Source: an uncultured virus (IMG/VR IMGVR_UViG_3300042507_002727) (taxonomy: Duplodnaviria; Heunggongvirae; Uroviricota; Caudoviricetes). Taken from it: a stretch of DNA of 20,000 nucleotides. Shown one piece after another: positions 17,229-20,000 of the stretch. The notes beneath the pieces were generated by a model, which searched no databases, was not told the origin of the DNA, and saw only the letters and a list, made by a program, of their open reading frames with translations. The translations under genes were made by a program, and so were the position numbers. The DNA lies in the IMG/VR virus record IMGVR_UViG_3300042507_002727. One strand, given 5' to 3'. Position 1 is the stretch's first letter. Each line of letters opens with the position of its first letter.

Positions 17229-18656
17229 ATGTCATTCGTTAATGCAGTTCAGAAATCCAAGAACAAAGCAGTCGCTCGTACCGCGAATGGTATGAAGGCT
17301 CGTGCTACTTCACAGTCGCCAGTTCTGGATCTATTCGGTCTTATCGGTTCCGCTCGTGGTACTGATATCACCAAGCAATTCACCGCTTCTCTCGTAGAGA
17401 ATGCCGATCTTACTCTGCGTATGCTGCAGTGGGCTCGTGACATTCGTGAGGGCGCAGGCGAACGTGCTACCTTCCGTAATCTACTCTCTGCGCTAGAGGC
17501 TACCGACCCAACTCTTGCCGGAAAGCTGATGCACAAAATCCCAGCACTTGGTCGTTGGGATGACCTCTTTGCCTACAAGAACCCGATCAACCGCAATCAG
17601 GCTTTCGCTCTGATTGCAGAGGCTCTTGAAGCAAAGAATGGTCTGGCAGCAAAGTGGATGCCACGTAAAGGTCCGGTCGCAGTCGAACTGACTCGATACC
17701 TCGGTCTGTCTCCTAAGGCATACCGTAAGCTCATTGTCGGTTTGACCAATGTCGTTGAGACTCAGATGTGTGCTAAGGAATGGGAAGCTATCAACTTCTC
17801 GCACGTTCCTTCTGTCGCGTCTGCTCGTTATCAGAAAGCTTTCGGTCGTAATGCAAAAGAGTCCTACTCTGCTTACATTGCGGAACTGAAGAAGCCTGTT
17901 GCTGAGCGTTCAGATCCTAAAGTCAAGATCAACGCTTCTGCGGTTTATCCGTATGATGTTGTGAAGTCTGTCGTGAAGGGTAATGCGGCTGTTGCTGATG
18001 AACAGTGGAAGGCTATGCCTAACTACATCGGCGATGCAAAGGTTCTGCCTATGGTCGACGTCTCCGGCTCGATGGGTTCGCTGTGGTACACCTACAGCCA
18101 ACTGCAGCCAATCGACATTGCTGTTTCTCTTGGCCTTTATTGCGCTAGCAAGAACACCGGAGACTTCAAGGATCTGTTCCTGACCTTCTCTGGTAAGCCT
18201 AAGATGGAACACCTGAAAGGTACTCTGTCTCAGAAGATGACTCAGATGACAAAAGCTCACTGGGAAATGAACACCAACCTGCACGCAGCATTCGATGAGA
18301 TCCTCAAGATCGCTGTTAAGGGCAATGTGTCTCAGGAAGATATGCCTGACATGCTGCTCATCCTTTCGGACATGCAGTTCGATGCTTGCACTCGCTACGA
18401 TGACTCTGCAATGCAGATGATCAAGCGTAAGTACAAGGAAGCAGGCTACGATGTTCCAAAGATCGTCTTTTGGAACCTGTCCATGTACGGTAAGGAAAAC
18501 GGTAACACTCCAGTTAAGTTCGACAAGAACGGTACTGCGCATGTTTCTGGTTTCTCTCCTTCCATCATGAAGCATGTTCTCGCAAACGACCTCGAGGAGT
18601 TTACTCCATACAATGTTATGTTGAAGACTCTGATGAGCGATCGTTATGCCTACTAA
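17229..18656 (+). CDS. TROVE/Ro60-like RNA-binding protein with vWA domain (DUF2828-type)
   Basis: RDIREGAGER, GRWDDL, LAAKWMPR, VPSVA helical region; MIDAS DVSGSM, T, LILSDMQFD, IVFWNL, SGFSP; strongly biased codon usage. Confidence 0.85.
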   Translation: MSFVNAVQKSKNKAVARTANGMKARATSQSPVLDLFGLIGSARGTDITKQFTASLVENADLTLRMLQWARDIREGAGERATFRNLLSALEATDPTLAGKLMHKIPALGRWDDLFAYKNPINRNQAFALIAEALEAKNGLAAKWMPRKGPVAVELTRYLGLSPKAYRKLIVGLTNVVETQMCAKEWEAINFSHVPSVASARYQKAFGRNAKESYSAYIAELKKPVAERSDPKVKINASAVYPYDVVKSVVKGNAAVADEQWKAMPNYIGDAKVLPMVDVSGSMGSLWYTYSQLQPIDIAVSLGLYCASKNTGDFKDLFLTFSGKPKMEHLKGTLSQKMTQMTKAHWEMNTNLHAAFDEILKIAVKGNVSQEDMPDMLLILSDMQFDACTRYDDSAMQMIKRKYKEAGYDVPKIVFWNLSMYGKENGNTPVKFDKNGTAHVSGFSPSIMKHVLANDLEEFTPYNVMLKTLMSDRYAY

Positions 18657-18659
18657 TCG

Positions 18660-18679
18660 GTTAGGCCTTCGGGCCTAAC
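18660..18679 (+). terminator. cUUCGg tetraloop hairpin after the TROVE gene (weak terminator or processing/stability hairpin)
   Basis: GTTAGGCC-TTCG-GGCCTAAC with only a poor U tract. Confidence 0.6.
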
Positions 18680-18690
18680 TTCCTCAATTT

Positions 18691-18791
18691 GGATCGTTGC
18701 AGCAAAAAATTAGCTAGTGCAACGGTAGCACACTTTCCTTCTAAGAAAGAGTTCCGGGTTCGATTCCTGGGCAAAATAAAAAGCGATCCTG
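18691..18791 (+). ncRNA. tRNA-mimic / Y-RNA-like element 3 (anticodon UCU)
   Basis: Closing stem GGATCG/CGATCC, TTGCAGCA, D arm GTGC-AACGGTA-GCAC, arm CTTTC-CTTCTAA-GAAAG, T arm CCGGG-TTCGATT-CCTGG; only 2 bp of acceptor stem, no CCA. Confidence 0.75.
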
Positions 18792-18822
18792 TAAAATAAT
18801 TTGAAATAACTCAACTTTTTTG

Positions 18823-18852
18823 TTGACATTCGTAGAATACAATGTATAAATA
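18823..18852 (+). promoter_or_regulatory. overlapping sigma70-type and late promoter for the tRNA cluster leader
   Basis: TTGACA-16 nt-TATAAA; the -10 lies within TATAAATA (18845-18852). Confidence 0.7.
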
Positions 18853-18883
18853 TATCTAACAGAACTAAAGGAACTCGCACTAA

Positions 18884-18970
18884 ATGATTCGCCAACCGCA
18901 ACCTCAAATGAATAATAAGCGCCAGGTATTTACCTGCGAATATATTCGTATGTGCGAGGGTTCTATATAA
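18884..18970 (+). CDS. putative attenuator leader peptide, 28 aa (MIRQPQPQMNNKRQVFTCEYIRMCEGSI)
   Basis: AAAGGA RBS; lies between the promoter and the terminator preceding the tRNAs. Confidence 0.6.
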   Translation: MIRQPQPQMNNKRQVFTCEYIRMCEGSI

Positions 18971-18998
18971 GGATATTAAATATCATACCTTATCAAAG

Positions 18999-19031
18999 AA
19001 CCCTCCAGATGAAAGTCTAGGAGGGTTTTTT
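18999..19031 (+). terminator. intrinsic terminator immediately upstream of tRNA-Cys (attenuator 3:4 hairpin)
   Basis: AACCCTCC-AGAT-GAAA-GTCT-A-GGAGGGTT followed by a T run. Confidence 0.8.
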
Positions 19032-19036
19032 AATAT

Positions 19037-19118
19037 GGTGTGTGGCCCGGATGGTAAGGGGATGGATTGCAAATCCATAGCACGAAAGTAGTCAGTTCGA
19101 TTCTGACACACACCTCCA
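19037..19118 (+). tRNA. tRNA-Cys(GCA)
   Basis: Acceptor GGTGTGT/ACACACC, U73-CCA, arm ATGGA-TTGCAAA-TCCAT, T arm GTCAG-TTCGATT-CTGAC; 12-nt variable region. Confidence 0.9.
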
Positions 19119-19124
19119 GAATAC

Positions 19125-19196
19125 GGTGACACGTTGCGGTAACGACTTGGGTCTCATAAGCCCGAAGAGATGGTTCGAGTCCATCTGGCACCACCA
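19125..19196 (+). tRNA. tRNA with CAU anticodon (Met or Ile2), atypical D arm
   Basis: Loop CTCATAA, T arm GATGG-TTCGAGT-CCATC, ACCA end; one A/G mismatch in the acceptor stem. Confidence 0.8.
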
Positions 19197-19208
19197 AGAA
19201 AAAAGTTG

Positions 19209-19237
19209 TTGACATTCATCTAGAATCAGTTTAGATA
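19209..19237 (+). promoter_or_regulatory. early sigma70-type promoter with GAATCAG spacer motif
   Basis: TTGACA-ttcatctagaatcagtt(17)-TAGATA. Confidence 0.7.
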
Positions 19238-19334
19238 TGAGTTGACGGCGGAAGAAAGACAAAATCAATCTTCCAGTTCTTTGAAAATTTAAACTTTGTC
19301 CTAGCGTAAGCGATGATGGACTGGAAACAGATTT

Positions 19335-19440
19335 ACTCTGTTTTCAACTAGGGTTCGCGGTTCGATTCCGTGCTGGGCTTCGCGGGCCCGGGTTGCTGCA
19401 GCAGATAGTCATGGATGACGACCCTAGTTGAAAACAGAGT
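19335..19440 (+). ncRNA. circularly permuted tRNA-like RNA (YrlA-like topology)
   Basis: Perfect 20-bp terminal stem enclosing a T arm (CGCGG-TTCGATT-CCGTG), a GC-rich hairpin and a D-like arm (TA-GTCA-TGGA-TGAC). Confidence 0.65.
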
Positions 19441-19442
19441 TT

Positions 19443-19517
19443 TGGGAAGTAGTTCAGCGGCAGAATAACTGACTTTGAATCAGCAGGCCGGTGGTTCGAA
19501 TCCACCCTTCCCAACCA
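19443..19517 (+). tRNA. tRNA-Gln(UUG)
   Basis: Acceptor TGGGAAG/CTTCCCA, loop CTTTGAA, GGTTCGAATCC, CCA. Confidence 0.93.
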
Positions 19518-19525
19518 ATAATCAT

Positions 19526-19603
19526 CTGGGTGTAGCTCAGTCTGCGTAGAGTGCTTGCCTTGGAAGCAAGAAGTCGCTGGTTCGAATCCAGTCATCCAGA
19601 CCA
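19526..19603 (+). tRNA. tRNA-Pro(UGG)
   Basis: Acceptor CTGGGTG/CATCCAG, arm CTTGC-CTTGGAA-GCAAG, GGTTCGAATCC, ACCA. Confidence 0.93.
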
Positions 19604-19613
19604 AAAATACCTG

Positions 19614-19642
19614 TTGACATTCATTTAGAATCAGTATATTCT
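19614..19642 (+). promoter_or_regulatory. early sigma70-type promoter with GAATCAG spacer motif
   Basis: TTGACA-ttcatttagaatcagta(17)-TATTCT. Confidence 0.75.
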
Positions 19643-19665
19643 GATAATACGAAAAGGAAAAAGAA

Positions 19666-19815
19666 ATGAAACGAAAACATAAGGACCTACCGAAGGCACG
19701 AAACCCATTCGTCCTTCATCTTTCCAAACGTCTTTCGGGCGCACACGGAAAGACTAAAAAAGCGGAACGCCGTAGTGATAAGATGGCGTTGAAGCAGGAA
19801 TGGACGGTTAGCTGA
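19666..19815 (+). CDS. 49-aa basic protein (MKRKHKDLPKARNPFVLHLSKRLSGAHGKTKKAERRSDKMALKQEWTVS), possible ribosome-rescue-factor-like
   Basis: Own promoter, AAGGA RBS; stop codon lies inside tRNA-Lys. Confidence 0.65.
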   Translation: MKRKHKDLPKARNPFVLHLSKRLSGAHGKTKKAERRSDKMALKQEWTVS

Positions 19816-19878
19816 GTTGGTTTAGCGGCGGGCTTTTAATCCGCGTCAACCAGGGTTCGAATCCCTGACCGTTCACCA
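19802..19878 (+). tRNA. tRNA-Lys(UUU)
   Basis: Acceptor GGACGGT/ACCGTTC, arm GCGGG-CTTTTAA-TCCGC, T arm CAGGG-TTCGAAT-CCCTG, ACCA. Confidence 0.93.
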
Positions 19879-19888
19879 TTACTTTGAT

Positions 19889-19980
19889 GATGCACCGAGG
19901 GCGATTGGTACCAGCCCTTTCCTTGGTGGAAGCCTGCCGTTGAGGTGGGTGGGAGAGTTTCGATACCTCCACGGTGTATC
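19889..19980 (+). ncRNA. tRNA-like cloverleaf RNA without a canonical anticodon loop or CCA
   Basis: 9-bp closing stem GATGCACCG/CGGTGTATC with four internal hairpins, the last containing TTCGAT. Confidence 0.5.
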
Positions 19981-20000
19981 TTCTAAGTAATAGGAGTAAA

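Noticed and set aside
17249..18575. Minus-strand ORFs (95, 103 and 221 aa) opposite the TROVE gene
   Set aside because: Shadow ORFs caused by biased codon usage of the sense gene; no RBS or motifs
18712..18772. Functional tRNA-Arg(UCU)
   Set aside because: Only 2 bp of acceptor stem and no CCA; it is embedded in the shared stem/CAGCA scaffold, so it is treated as a mimic
19335..19440. GTTTTCAAC / GTTGAAAAC sequences reminiscent of CRISPR repeat ends
   Set aside because: Only two copies, in inverted orientation forming one stem; no direct repeat-spacer array and no cas genes
18710..19604. Minus-strand ORFs at 18710-18907, 19030-19215 and 19344-19604
   Set aside because: They are reverse translations of tRNA/ncRNA genes

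Overview
Segment of a T4-like (Tevenvirinae-related) myophage genome. Positions 1-11956, mostly on the minus strand, carry the replication/recombination core: gp43 polymerase, gp46/47, gp55 late sigma, UvsW, UvsY and a gp3-like tail gene, plus nucleotide-metabolism and small early genes. Positions 12050-16953 on the plus strand encode a HAD phosphomannomutase-like enzyme, a cytidylyltransferase, a minimal TilS and two paralogous glycine-rich virion-type proteins. Positions 16970-20000 form an RNA-rich, translation-related locus and are the most interesting part. (i) A TROVE/Ro60-like vWA (DUF2828-type) gene is flanked by three related ncRNA-like elements. Each has a closing stem, a TTnCAGCA motif and an acceptor-less tRNA body, with anticodons UGU, UAU and UCU. 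(ii) A leader peptide with mutually exclusive hairpins (attenuator-like) precedes the tRNA cluster. (iii) There is a circularly permuted, YrlA-like tRNA mimic. (iv) A short basic ORF has its stop codon inside tRNA-Lys, so tRNA processing would leave a non-stop mRNA. (v) The cluster holds five CCA-ending tRNAs and one further tRNA-like RNA. All calls come from reading motifs and base pairing by eye; no searches or folding programs were run.
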